A stretch of 64,000 nucleotides of DNA from Gemmatimonadota bacterium (GTDB lineage Bacteria; Latescibacterota; UBA2968; UBA8231), in contig JAYPJE010000013.1 in NCBI GenBank assembly GCA_038128265.1, positions 9,077-73,076 on the forward strand. The letters run 5' to 3'. The stretch's first letter is position 1, and the number at the start of each line of letters is the position of its first letter. Below, one piece after another: positions 28,029 through 38,081 of the stretch. Under the pieces are notes generated by a model. That model was not told the DNA's origin. It was given only the letters and a program-made list of their open reading frames with translations, and searched no databases. Both the position numbers and the translations under genes were made by a program.

Positions 28029-30287
28029 ATGTCGCTGAAGGCGCGAAAATTGAGCAGGAGCTTCTCTCTGGTTTTGGTCCTACTCATCTGCGGGAGGGCG
28101 GCGGAGGTCGATGCTGAGGTCTTTGTGATAGGGGGACAGGGGCTCAGTTGGGAAGGTGGAGGCGACGGTATCGAGCCGACGGTTATCCGCGGTGCGCGCA
28201 AGGTGGAGCACACCAATGCTCCTGGTGGCGTCATTGACTTTCAGGTCGAGGGGCTGAGCAACTGGATTTTTCCCCAGCGCGCCGATACAACCCTCAATAT
28301 CGCGGTCGGCGCGGCTTCGGAGGATCGCGGCGGCGAAATCACCTCGCCTAACGCTCAGCGCATCCGCGCGGACTTGCCCAACATGATCGACAACGACGGT
28401 GCCACGGCGCTCGATTTGCGCGTGGCAGCCGGACAGTCGGCTCAGGTGCTGGGAATTATTATCGACCTCGATTTGGGTGCACGCTTCGGCATCGACCGCT
28501 TCAAATTTTTTCCGCGCAATGCCGATCCTGCTTTTCCCGCGCCGGCGTTTCCCTTCCAAAATGATTTCATGCGCGGGTTCGAGCTCTTTCTCAACGATGG
28601 CACAGATCAGACCCAGCTGGAAGGACGGCCCATCTACGAGACCATATTTCTCGAATCCCTCAACGAAAATGCCGTCGTAGACCTGCGGATCGAGCCACAG
28701 TACGTGCGCCATATTCGACTCAAGTCGCTGACGACGGCTGGTTTTGAAATTGCCGAGTTTCAGGTGTTTGGCACGGGGTTTGTGCCCGAGGCTAGCTACC
28801 TGTCAGACGTGCTCGACTTTGGCGACTTAGCCCTCTTGGGCAATCTGCGCTGGATTCAGGACAAGGAAGGTGATGCAGCGCTTTCCAAGGTGGAGGTGCG
28901 CACGCGCGTTGGTCGAGACATAGACCCGGTTGAGTACAATAAGATCCGCCCCGGCGAGCGCATTTTCCGCAGCGGTGGTGGCGCGACGTCGGGCAATCGC
29001 TCCGGCACCACCACATCGGGCGATGCCGTGCCCTGGAAATTTGCCTCTGACGTCGACGATGCGGAGCTAAAGGAACTGGTCGAGACGGTGCTTGACAACG
29101 ATCAGGTGGGCCTGCGCAATGCCATCGAGGCGTTTAATGAGCTGCCGCTCGATAAGCAGATACTGGTCACGTTGGAAGAAGACGAGTACAACAAGCTGAA
29201 AAACGAAGACAAGGGCGATATACGCGACGACCTAACCAACTGGAGCGGTTGGTCGCCCCCCTATGCGCCGAGCGCCGTGGTTGCGGTGGAAGACATCGAG
29301 AATCCGTCGATGGGCGTGCCGATTATCGCCGCTGACCCTCGCCGCTACTTCCAGTTCGCCGTCGACCTATTCAGCGAGGATTTTGCCGCTGCTACGGGCG
29401 TTGGTTCGCTCTCCTTTGAGGTTGTGACGCCCCCTTTTGCAGAGCGTATTATCGGCGAGATCTCGCCGCGCGAGGCGGCGGTCGGACAGCGAACGCGCTT
29501 CGTCTATGCGGTGCGCAACCAGTCGCGTCCCGGTCAGGACCGCGGCTTTGATCGCTTTCGCATCGATACGCCGCTCAGGGCTGAAGCCGTTGGGCAGATA
29601 TCGATCACGCGTCCCGGTGGCTCCACTACGTCGGCCGATTTTTCCGGTGCGGCGCTCGACGCGCTGCCGCTGACGCAGAACGGGATCAGCATTCTCGAGG
29701 TGAGCGATAACGCACTGGTCGTCGGTTTCCCGCTGATTGACGAGCACGGCACGGAGCTCAAAGTCGGCTTTGACTGTGCGGTGCTGCGCTTTGGGACTAC
29801 TTTTACCGGCCAGGCGCTCAACTTTGCCGCTAGCGAAACGCTGGGACAGAATGCGGTGGCGGGCAACGCGGCCGACCTGAGCGCCGATGGGTTAGCGGAT
29901 ACCGACTTGCAGCCGCTGGGAACGCCGCTTACGGGCAATTTGTCGGTAGTCGTGCCGATTGCGCGCGACCTGTTGGTAAACGTCGATGTCGTGCCGATGG
30001 CGTTTACCCCCAACGGAGACGGCATCAACGATGCCGCCGAAATTCAGTACGATATTACCAATATTGCGCGCCCAGCGCCGGTGGCAATACACATCTACGA
30101 CGTGTCCGGTCGCCCGGTGCGCGTGCTGTACGACGACTTAGATACGAGCGGCCGCTTTGCTCGGGCGTGGGACGGGCGCGACGATGCCGGTGCGATGGTG
30201 CCACCGGGCAACTATCTGGTTTCTGTATCGCTGAGTGCCGGCACCGGCAGCCAGCGACAGATTGGCGTCGTTGCCGTGGCCTATTGA
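28029..30287 (+). CDS. Exported discoidin-like protein with C-terminal FlgD-Ig/CHU_C-like domain (class A)
   Basis: Signal peptide, IDNDGAT..IDLDLG..VRHIRL..EIAEFQVFG, WSGWSPPY, C-terminal FTPNGDGIND..IYDVSGR..WDGRDDAG.MVPPGNY..VAVAY. Confidence 0.8.
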   Translation: MSLKARKLSRSFSLVLVLLICGRAAEVDAEVFVIGGQGLSWEGGGDGIEPTVIRGARKVEHTNAPGGVIDFQVEGLSNWIFPQRADTTLNIAVGAASEDRGGEITSPNAQRIRADLPNMIDNDGATALDLRVAAGQSAQVLGIIIDLDLGARFGIDRFKFFPRNADPAFPAPAFPFQNDFMRGFELFLNDGTDQTQLEGRPIYETIFLESLNENAVVDLRIEPQYVRHIRLKSLTTAGFEIAEFQVFGTGFVPEASYLSDVLDFGDLALLGNLRWIQDKEGDAALSKVEVRTRVGRDIDPVEYNKIRPGERIFRSGGGATSGNRSGTTTSGDAVPWKFASDVDDAELKELVETVLDNDQVGLRNAIEAFNELPLDKQILVTLEEDEYNKLKNEDKGDIRDDLTNWSGWSPPYAPSAVVAVEDIENPSMGVPIIAADPRRYFQFAVDLFSEDFAAATGVGSLSFEVVTPPFAERIIGEISPREAAVGQRTRFVYAVRNQSRPGQDRGFDRFRIDTPLRAEAVGQISITRPGGSTTSADFSGAALDALPLTQNGISILEVSDNALVVGFPLIDEHGTELKVGFDCAVLRFGTTFTGQALNFAASETLGQNAVAGNAADLSADGLADTDLQPLGTPLTGNLSVVVPIARDLLVNVDVVPMAFTPNGDGINDAAEIQYDITNIARPAPVAIHIYDVSGRPVRVLYDDLDTSGRFARAWDGRDDAGAMVPPGNYLVSVSLSAGTGSQRQIGVVAVAY

Positions 30288-30339
30288 CCACCGCGCAGAT
30301 TTAAATATCAGAACTCGACCGCAAAGGGAGGGATTGAGT

Positions 30340-33126
30340 TTGAAAGCCTACAGTAATTGGAGTTTGCTCTGTCTGGCATGCCTGCAGTTTTGGGCCGTGG
30401 CGGCGTCGGGTCAGGATTACGGCGATCGACTTGGCGTTCAGCGAGGGGGCAAAGTGTCCTTTGAGCCACAGGGCTCCGGGGTGATGTTTGGTGCGCTCGA
30501 TCCAGCCGTTAAAAAGTGGTATGTGCCACAGGAGTTGGCCACGGAGTACGGCTGGCGCCAGTGGGAATACTCCAACTATGCGCGCGACCCATACCAGCGC
30601 TACGTCAGCACCACGCTGGAGGGCGATTACTTCTACGATTTCTACGGCAATTTTATTGGCCGCGGTTGGCTAATCTACGACTGGCGTCAGGATCAGCCCC
30701 AGCAGTTGGGCAGCAGTATTTTCCAAAATACGCGGTTTTCGTCGTGGTTTAACTCGGTGACTATTGGCGGCGAGTCCAAGGGCCAGTATCACTACGCCAT
30801 TACCGTTGGTGATCGCATTCGCACTACGCTGACGCCAATGACTTTTTCCAAGCCCACGTTTAATGGCGTGCAGATTGACTTTGCCTCCGATAAATACGCG
30901 GCGACGATCTTGGCTTCGCGCGCTAGTGAGCCGATCCGCGGAGCGACAAACCAGCCGATTACGCGCACCAATGCCACCAGCCTGTTTGGCGGTCGTGCGA
31001 CATTCCAGCTAGGCGACTTTGTCGAATTGGGCGCGACGTTGGTCAATGCGCGCAACTCCAATACCAGCCTCGATCTGTTCAGCGGCGATATGATTGCCGG
31101 CACTCTGACCTCAGGTCAGAGCAGCACGCCGCTGACGGCGATTGCCATCGTTCTCAGCGACGACAGCCCGGCCGATGGAGAGGGCGGTGCGGCGCTGTTC
31201 TCACACGACGTGCGCATCACCAGCAAGAATTTCGAGACGGGCCGAGAGGAAGTCTTCACGCTGCAACAGGTGGTGCGAGCCGGCGCAGAGTGGCCCATTA
31301 TTTTCGGTGGGTTTCAGCGCTCGGGTTTCTTAGCCGCCGACGGTCCAGAGCGCATTGTGCTCAACTACGATTTCGACGATCCGTCCTATATCGGTCCCGA
31401 TCCGACTTCGATTATCAACGTCGAATTCGACTACGTGATGGCCAACGACTTCAAGGTTGAGATGTGGTCGAGCCAGCAGACGGGGCAGCGGCCCATGCCG
31501 TCGGCGCCGCTGAGTCCCGAGTCGATTGACGCTTCTGAACCAGCTTTTATCAACGTGAAGCGGGCTGACGGCAATGTGCAGGACATATCCAATCTGCAGC
31601 GCGTGCGCTTTGAGTACGGTCTGCCAACGGGCAATCTGGTCGGCGGATTCTCCATTGAGGGAACGGACCTGCTGGGCTTTGACTTCTACGGCGAGTGGGA
31701 TCGCAACAAGAAGTATTTCCAGTATCCCAACGCCGCCACCTTCACCGCTGGCAAGCAGCACGAAATTTCCTCGCTGGATGCCGATGCGTGGCATTTCAAC
31801 CTATCCAAGCAGGCCTATCCCTACTACCTGTTCGGCGAGGCCTACTCGTTTGATCGCGCCTATTCGACGACGGCTTACCTAGCCGACAACAACGGCGATG
31901 TGCAGTACGACAATACGCAGCGCTATCTCTACGAGTTTGTCGAAGACAACGATGACTTAGATCGCTTCCCGGACTGGACGCGCTTCGGTCAGCTTGACGA
32001 TCGACTGATTTTTCCCGGCTGGGACCAGAACAACGACTTTATCAACGACTTTAATCAGAACGACAACGCGACCGTAACCAATATCTTGCCCGACTACGAG
32101 GAGCCCTTTCTGCGCTTTGAAGTGGATCGTCCGGAATTCCTCTTTGGCATTGATCACAACAACAACAACTGGATTGATCGCTTTGAAGACGACGATTTGC
32201 CCGACTATCCCTACAAGGCAGATCGCCGCGGCTACAACTTCTACGTCGGAGCCTTTGTCACGCCTCACATTAAGCTGAGCGTGGGGCGCACCGATGAGGA
32301 CATGATTTCGGTCAATCGCTCCAATCGGACCAATTTCCTGCTCTTTACCTTTGACCGCGACTATCCGGGGTTGGGTCGACTGCAGATCTTTGAGTCGCTA
32401 AAGCGCAGCGAGGATACGATTCCCGACGATCGTCGCGAACCGACCCCCTTTGTTGAGGCCACCGGTGTGCAGCCGCTGGTCCGCGATATACTGCCGGCGC
32501 AGGATACCTGGATTAATTCTTCTTTTATTGGCTTTGACTACGAGGGCATCGAAAACCTGCGAGTAGCCAACAAGTTTAAGTGGGAGGTCTTTAACCAGGC
32601 TAGCAGCGGCATGCGGGATATCGACAATCGGCCACTGCGCGACAACTCGAGCTTTTTGGGAGCAATTAACAAGGTCGACTACCTGTATGAACTCGGACGC
32701 CTGAGTCTGCGCCCGCGCTTTAAAAGCGAATACCTGCGTATGACTCCTTTCTTGCAGAGCGAAGACAAGCGCCGGCAGTGGACCGGCACCGGCATTCTAC
32801 TCGCCCAAATGCCGGCTCTGCAAAACACGCTGCTGCAGGCGGGTGTCGAACTGCTGTGGCTGCGCGACCTGGTCGCCGACGAAGAGGAAATGGTCGACCT
32901 AGGCATCACGCGGGAAACGGGTGACGTAAACTCGCGCACCGTTGCGGTCCAGCTGTCAAATATCTCCAACTATCAGGGGTATGTGCTAACGACTCAGATC
33001 GGTCTGCGCTTCTCGCGGATACTCACTGAGGGCGTGACCGAAAATGCCAACGGCGGCTTCGATATTGGCAACGAAGCAAGCAGCGTCACGACCAGCTTCT
33101 TGACCGTATACGCGGGGCTACAGTAA
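30340..33126 (+). CDS. Large exported hypothetical protein, putative outer-membrane beta-barrel (paralogue 1)
   Basis: TTG start after GGAGG, signal peptide ending ASG|Q, many alternating amphipathic strands, a D/N-rich block, C-terminus SFLTVYAGLQ. Strongly similar to 33126..36071. Confidence 0.7.
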   Translation: MKAYSNWSLLCLACLQFWAVAASGQDYGDRLGVQRGGKVSFEPQGSGVMFGALDPAVKKWYVPQELATEYGWRQWEYSNYARDPYQRYVSTTLEGDYFYDFYGNFIGRGWLIYDWRQDQPQQLGSSIFQNTRFSSWFNSVTIGGESKGQYHYAITVGDRIRTTLTPMTFSKPTFNGVQIDFASDKYAATILASRASEPIRGATNQPITRTNATSLFGGRATFQLGDFVELGATLVNARNSNTSLDLFSGDMIAGTLTSGQSSTPLTAIAIVLSDDSPADGEGGAALFSHDVRITSKNFETGREEVFTLQQVVRAGAEWPIIFGGFQRSGFLAADGPERIVLNYDFDDPSYIGPDPTSIINVEFDYVMANDFKVEMWSSQQTGQRPMPSAPLSPESIDASEPAFINVKRADGNVQDISNLQRVRFEYGLPTGNLVGGFSIEGTDLLGFDFYGEWDRNKKYFQYPNAATFTAGKQHEISSLDADAWHFNLSKQAYPYYLFGEAYSFDRAYSTTAYLADNNGDVQYDNTQRYLYEFVEDNDDLDRFPDWTRFGQLDDRLIFPGWDQNNDFINDFNQNDNATVTNILPDYEEPFLRFEVDRPEFLFGIDHNNNNWIDRFEDDDLPDYPYKADRRGYNFYVGAFVTPHIKLSVGRTDEDMISVNRSNRTNFLLFTFDRDYPGLGRLQIFESLKRSEDTIPDDRREPTPFVEATGVQPLVRDILPAQDTWINSSFIGFDYEGIENLRVANKFKWEVFNQASSGMRDIDNRPLRDNSSFLGAINKVDYLYELGRLSLRPRFKSEYLRMTPFLQSEDKRRQWTGTGILLAQMPALQNTLLQAGVELLWLRDLVADEEEMVDLGITRETGDVNSRTVAVQLSNISNYQGYVLTTQIGLRFSRILTEGVTENANGGFDIGNEASSVTTSFLTVYAGLQ

Positions 33127-36071
33127 TGGCGAGTCCATTCTACCGCGCGGCGGTCTTATTTGGGCTGCTGATCTGCGCTTCTGACGCGCTGGCTCAGATG
33201 GACTACGGCAACCGCCTGGGACGTCGGGTCGGCGACCGCAGCACCTATTCGGCTTCGGGGCTGTCCATTGATATCGGAGCCCTGGATCCCACCGTCCAGC
33301 GCTGGTACCTGCCGCAGGAGCTCTTTACCGAATACGGCCTGCGCCAGCGCGAGTATACCAACTACGCCAGGGAATCCTACCTCCGCTACATCGATCGCAA
33401 TCAGGAGGGCTTTTACTTTTACGACAGCTTTGGCGAATTGATTACGCGCGGCCGGTTGGTCTACGACTGGCGCCAGCGCCAACCGCTGTCTTTTGAGTCG
33501 AGCGAGGTGACCAAGCCGGGTATTTACGGAAGCTGGTTTAACCGTTTGGTCATCGCCTCAGACCAGAGCGGCGATTATAGCTACTCCATTATGATCGGCG
33601 ACGAAATTAATACGACCTTGACGCCGATGACCTTCCGCAAGGCCGGTTTCAACGGCGTGGTGATTAGCGCGGCCAATAGCAACGTCGAAGTTACGGGTCT
33701 GTTTTCGCGCATATCGAATCCCATTATCTCAATTGACGCCGAAATTCCTACGCGTCCGGCATCGCACTTTACCAACCTGATGGGCGGTCGCGTCGAAGCG
33801 GCCGTTACCAACTCGCTGACCCTAGGAGCGACGTTTGTCAACGCGCACAACGGCACGGGCGCGCGCGAGAGCTTTCAGGACAACCCGTTCAAGGGCCTGT
33901 TGACCGGTGGTCAAATTGAGCAGCGCCAGACGCTGTTGGTTGTTCGACTCTCCGATGATAGCCCCGAGGATGGCGCCGGGGGAGCCGTGCTCTTTAGCGA
34001 GGATGTGCAGATTACTACGACTCTAATGCGAGAGGTCGAAGGTCCAATGGGCATGGAGTTGGTGCCCAGGGATACGGTTATCACCGGTTCGAGCATTGGC
34101 TTTCGCGCCGCGCGCGAGGGCGGTAGTGTGCGAGACGGTTTTCTCACGGCGGACGGAGCCGAAAGCATAACGCTGAAGTATCAGCTGACCGGCACGGAGG
34201 ACGATCAGGAAAGCTCGCTGCGTCTGCGCCTACAGCAGGGCTTGGGCCTGACGCTGGCCGAAGCCGAAGATGCGGTGACGGCGATAAAAAACGTGCGCGT
34301 GCGCATGGTGGTGGCCAACGACTATCGCATTGAGGTCGCCTCCGATCGCCAGGTCAACAACGTTGGGCAGCCGCAGTTTATCGTGGTGTCGCGTGCGCCG
34401 GGCAATATTCGCAACCGGCTCAATCAGCGCGAGGTCGTATTCGACTATGGCCTGCCCACGGCAAACCAGATCTTTGGTGCCACGGCCGAGCTGCGCGATT
34501 TTCACGGCTTTGATTTTTACGGTGAGTTCAACGTCAACAACCAGTACCGAAAGTACCCTTCGGTCAACGCCAAAAATCGTCCGGCTATAAGCGGGATTGT
34601 CGACGACGAGCGGGCGATCGGCTGGATGGCCAATCTGTCAAAGCAGGCGGGGCCCTGGCACTTTTTTCTGGAGGCATTTGGCATGGACGAAGAGTACAAT
34701 TCGTCCGTGCGACCGGTTAACCCGCGCGGCACGGTGGACTACTCGCCGGAAGCGACCAACCGCAACTACGATTTCGTAGAGGACAACGACGACAACGACC
34801 GCCATCCAGACCAGCTGCGTTTTAATCAGGGTAGCCTAGTTCCCATTCCCGGGCAGCTGTTTAGCGTGACGCCGGAGGGCGTGGCCGATCCGGCCGTGTT
34901 CCCCGGTTTTGATGAGAACGGCGATTTCCTCTCCGACTTTAATCAGAACAGCAACGGCGATCGGCAGAATTTCTTTCCCGACTACGACGAGCCGTTTCTG
35001 CGCTATCACGTCGACCGCCCCGAGTTTCTCTTTGGAATAGACCTCAACAACAACGGCTGGGTCGATCGCTTTGAAAACGACGACGAACCCGACTACCCCT
35101 ACAAGCGCGACCACTGGGGCCACAACGCATACGGCAGCGTTGAGGTTTCACCGGAAATAAAGCTCACGCTGGGGCGGCTCGACGAGGAAATGCGCGGCGC
35201 GGACCGACACAATACGACGACGTACGGCATGTTTACTTTTGAGAAGAGCCTGCCGACCGTGGGGAGGGTGCGCGTCTTTAATATGCTGCGGCAGGCGGAG
35301 GATACGATTCACGACCACCTCTCGCAGTGGGTCCTACCCCGACCCCGCTTCGGCAATCCGGTTGAGACCAGCGGCCGCAACGAACCGGTGGTTGACCTGT
35401 TGGCAGCAGAAGATACGTGGATCAACTCGCTGGCTGCCGACTGGCAGTACTCCAGTCCGCGCAACTGGGGTATGCGCCACCGTTTCAAGTGGGACTGGTG
35501 GCAACAGCGCAATGCCGATGTCGAACTGCTGCGCGACGAAGCGGGCGAAGCTGTTCTCGATGAAGCGGGTGAGGCCATTGTTCTCTTCGATCCGCTCGGC
35601 CCAGACGGTCGCAACGGGCGCGAGACGTCGAGCTTTTTGGGCGTGATCAACAAGGCCGACTATTTGCTTAACTGGGGGCGTCTGTCCCTATCGCCCAAGG
35701 TCAAAAGCGAGTTTCTGCGCGAAGTGCCCTTTAGTCGCAGTGCCGCAAAGCAGCGCAGCTGGGACGTGCTGCTCTTTCTCCAGGCCAGCTTTCCGCTGCT
35801 GCAGTCTACGCGGATAGAAGTAGGGCTCGAACAGCGAAACTTTTCCAATTTACTCGGCGATGAAGACGAGATGGAAGCGGGGATGCTGACCGGTGATTTT
35901 CGCGGGACAGTGCTCGCGTTGCAGTTGACAAATACGCGGCCTTATTTAGGCTATAATATGACCACGCAAGTTGGCGTCCGCTACGATCGGCGCTCGCTTG
36001 AGGTCATCGAGCAAGACCGCGAGTCGCGCACTGCGGGCGTGGCTTTCATATCGGTTTTTGCGGGATATTAG
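33126..36071 (+). CDS. Large exported hypothetical protein, putative outer-membrane beta-barrel (paralogue 2)
   Basis: TAATG overlap with the upstream stop, signal ALA|Q, shared motifs GALDP..WY.PQEL, TTLTPMTF.K..FNGV and VDRPEFLFGID, C-terminus AFISVFAGY. Confidence 0.7.
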   Translation: MASPFYRAAVLFGLLICASDALAQMDYGNRLGRRVGDRSTYSASGLSIDIGALDPTVQRWYLPQELFTEYGLRQREYTNYARESYLRYIDRNQEGFYFYDSFGELITRGRLVYDWRQRQPLSFESSEVTKPGIYGSWFNRLVIASDQSGDYSYSIMIGDEINTTLTPMTFRKAGFNGVVISAANSNVEVTGLFSRISNPIISIDAEIPTRPASHFTNLMGGRVEAAVTNSLTLGATFVNAHNGTGARESFQDNPFKGLLTGGQIEQRQTLLVVRLSDDSPEDGAGGAVLFSEDVQITTTLMREVEGPMGMELVPRDTVITGSSIGFRAAREGGSVRDGFLTADGAESITLKYQLTGTEDDQESSLRLRLQQGLGLTLAEAEDAVTAIKNVRVRMVVANDYRIEVASDRQVNNVGQPQFIVVSRAPGNIRNRLNQREVVFDYGLPTANQIFGATAELRDFHGFDFYGEFNVNNQYRKYPSVNAKNRPAISGIVDDERAIGWMANLSKQAGPWHFFLEAFGMDEEYNSSVRPVNPRGTVDYSPEATNRNYDFVEDNDDNDRHPDQLRFNQGSLVPIPGQLFSVTPEGVADPAVFPGFDENGDFLSDFNQNSNGDRQNFFPDYDEPFLRYHVDRPEFLFGIDLNNNGWVDRFENDDEPDYPYKRDHWGHNAYGSVEVSPEIKLTLGRLDEEMRGADRHNTTTYGMFTFEKSLPTVGRVRVFNMLRQAEDTIHDHLSQWVLPRPRFGNPVETSGRNEPVVDLLAAEDTWINSLAADWQYSSPRNWGMRHRFKWDWWQQRNADVELLRDEAGEAVLDEAGEAIVLFDPLGPDGRNGRETSSFLGVINKADYLLNWGRLSLSPKVKSEFLREVPFSRSAAKQRSWDVLLFLQASFPLLQSTRIEVGLEQRNFSNLLGDEDEMEAGMLTGDFRGTVLALQLTNTRPYLGYNMTTQVGVRYDRRSLEVIEQDRESRTAGVAFISVFAGY

Positions 36072-36140
36072 GATTGTCTGATGCGCCGGTGCGGTGCCGG
36101 TTGCTGACCCTTCCCCAAAGGCTTTTACGGGTATTTGACG

Positions 36141-37880
36141 ATGAGCAACAGTAGCGCCTCCCAGGGCTGGATTATCAACCGGGTCAGCGATTCGCTGTTC
36201 TTTATCGGCACGCCTCTGCTATCGCTGGTCCTCCTACAGGCGGCGGCCAACTACTTTAGTTCCTTCGACATCGCCCTCTTTGTGCTGGCTTTTTTCGCCG
36301 TGGGACATCACCTACCCGGTCTGATGCGGGCCTATGGCGAGCGCGAACTATTCGACCGCTATAAGGCCCGCTTTATTATATCTCCGCTGGTCATTGTCGC
36401 CTGCGTGGGCTGGAGCGTTTTTAACGGCCATCTGGGCTTCTTTATTTTTCTCGCTCTGTGGGATATGTGGCACTTTTTTATGCAGCATTACGGTTTTATG
36501 CGCATATACGAAGTCAAGCGCCACAAGCCCTCCCGTTTGAGCGGCCGCTTGGACTGGTTGCTCACGGCGATATGCTTTACCTACATCGTCGTTGCCAGTC
36601 CGCACTATCTCGTCAATTTTATGGAGCGCTGTCACCGCTACGGCTTTGGGTTATACACCTGGTTTCAACCCGAATACGTGCCCCTACTACGTCAGGCCCT
36701 GCTCGTGCTGGCGGTGGCCATATCCGTAGTCTACGTAGTCCATTTGGTGCGTTCGAGCCGGCAGGGGGCGCCCGTTGTCTGGCCCAAATTGGCGATTACG
36801 GCGACTACCTTTCTCACCGTCTACTATGCTTACATCGTGCTGGATGACGTCATTTTGGGCTATGCGATGACGGCGCTTGCACACGACATACAGTACTTTG
36901 CCATCGTTTGGATCTACAACCACGGCGTCCTTAAGCGCTCGAAGCGATTGGGCTCGTCTTTCTTTCGCTATCTCTTTGCCGACGGCCGCTTTCGCATCAT
37001 CCTGATCTATTTGGCGTTGATTTTGGCCTACGGTGGCGTCGAGGCGATGGCGCGGGCCACTGAGAATTACCTCATATACGATTTGGTCAAGGTGCTGATC
37101 GCCACGACGGCCTTTATGCATTACTACTACGACGGATTTATGTGGAAGGTGCACAAGAGGGAAATTCGCCAGAATTTTGTGGCTGACGAGGGGGCCACAG
37201 ACGAAGCCGAAGCGCGCCTGGGCTTGGTCGATCGCCTGCGCTTGTTGGGTAACCGATGGACGGGATTTTCCTACGTGTTCGAGACGGGAAAACAGCTGGT
37301 TTACTTTGGCGTGCCCATTCTGTTCTTTGCCTGGACGGATGCGACGTACTCGATGTCGACATTGGAGGCCAAAGAATATCTGGCGCGCCTGACACCGGAG
37401 GTGGCCAAGGTGCACGATGACCTTGGCGTGGCGTACAGCCGCGAGGGCAAAGTTTCGCAGGCTATTGCCTCACACAAGCGGGCGCTTGCAGTCGATAGCA
37501 GCTATGCTACGGCCTACACGCATTTGGGCATTGCCTATTCGGTGGCGGGGCAGCGACAGCAGGCCATTCGCTATCACAAACAGGCACTGGTGCGCGACGC
37601 CGACTTTGCGCCGGCCCACTACAATTTGGGAGTAGAGTATTTCCAGATGGGTCGCTTGGACAAAGCCGTGGAGGCTTTCAAGCAGGCTGTAGAACTCGAC
37701 GAGGGATATGAGCGGGCCTATTTGGCGTTGAGCAAAGCCTATGGGCGTCAGGGCAAATCGGAGGAAATGGAAAAATATCTCGACAAAGCACGTCAACTGC
37801 AGCAGGTGGCCCTGCGCAAAGAACTGAGTCGCAGCGCGATGCCCTGGGCTACGGGCACGCCCGTGAAAGGAGATTCCTGA
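36141..37880 (+). CDS. Polytopic membrane protein with His-containing motifs plus C-terminal TPR domain
   Basis: About 9-10 hydrophobic helices, motifs GHHLPG, WHFFMQHYG, HDIQY and HYYYDG, then about 4 TPRs. Confidence 0.78.
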   Translation: MSNSSASQGWIINRVSDSLFFIGTPLLSLVLLQAAANYFSSFDIALFVLAFFAVGHHLPGLMRAYGERELFDRYKARFIISPLVIVACVGWSVFNGHLGFFIFLALWDMWHFFMQHYGFMRIYEVKRHKPSRLSGRLDWLLTAICFTYIVVASPHYLVNFMERCHRYGFGLYTWFQPEYVPLLRQALLVLAVAISVVYVVHLVRSSRQGAPVVWPKLAITATTFLTVYYAYIVLDDVILGYAMTALAHDIQYFAIVWIYNHGVLKRSKRLGSSFFRYLFADGRFRIILIYLALILAYGGVEAMARATENYLIYDLVKVLIATTAFMHYYYDGFMWKVHKREIRQNFVADEGATDEAEARLGLVDRLRLLGNRWTGFSYVFETGKQLVYFGVPILFFAWTDATYSMSTLEAKEYLARLTPEVAKVHDDLGVAYSREGKVSQAIASHKRALAVDSSYATAYTHLGIAYSVAGQRQQAIRYHKQALVRDADFAPAHYNLGVEYFQMGRLDKAVEAFKQAVELDEGYERAYLALSKAYGRQGKSEEMEKYLDKARQLQQVALRKELSRSAMPWATGTPVKGDS

Positions 37881-37952
37881 TACCGCGACACGCTGAGCGC
37901 GGACGGCTCCCGAAAGAAGATAATAAATCGACCGATCGAAGTGAGAATTTAC

Positions 37953-37981
37953 TTGACATGTATTAAAAGTCAAATTAGATT
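37953..37981 (+). promoter_or_regulatory. Sigma70-type promoter TTGACA-17-TAGATT upstream of 38082
   Basis: Perfect -35 at 37953-37958, 17-nt spacer, TAGATT at 37976-37981, in an AT-rich gap. Confidence 0.7.
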
Positions 37982-38081
37982 GCCCACTAGTTTTGTCTGC
38001 AACGTACATGCATGTCCATATTCCACTGGGATTGTTCGTTTTTCCCACCGCTTCTGACCAGACCTTGCAAGGAGGTTACTA

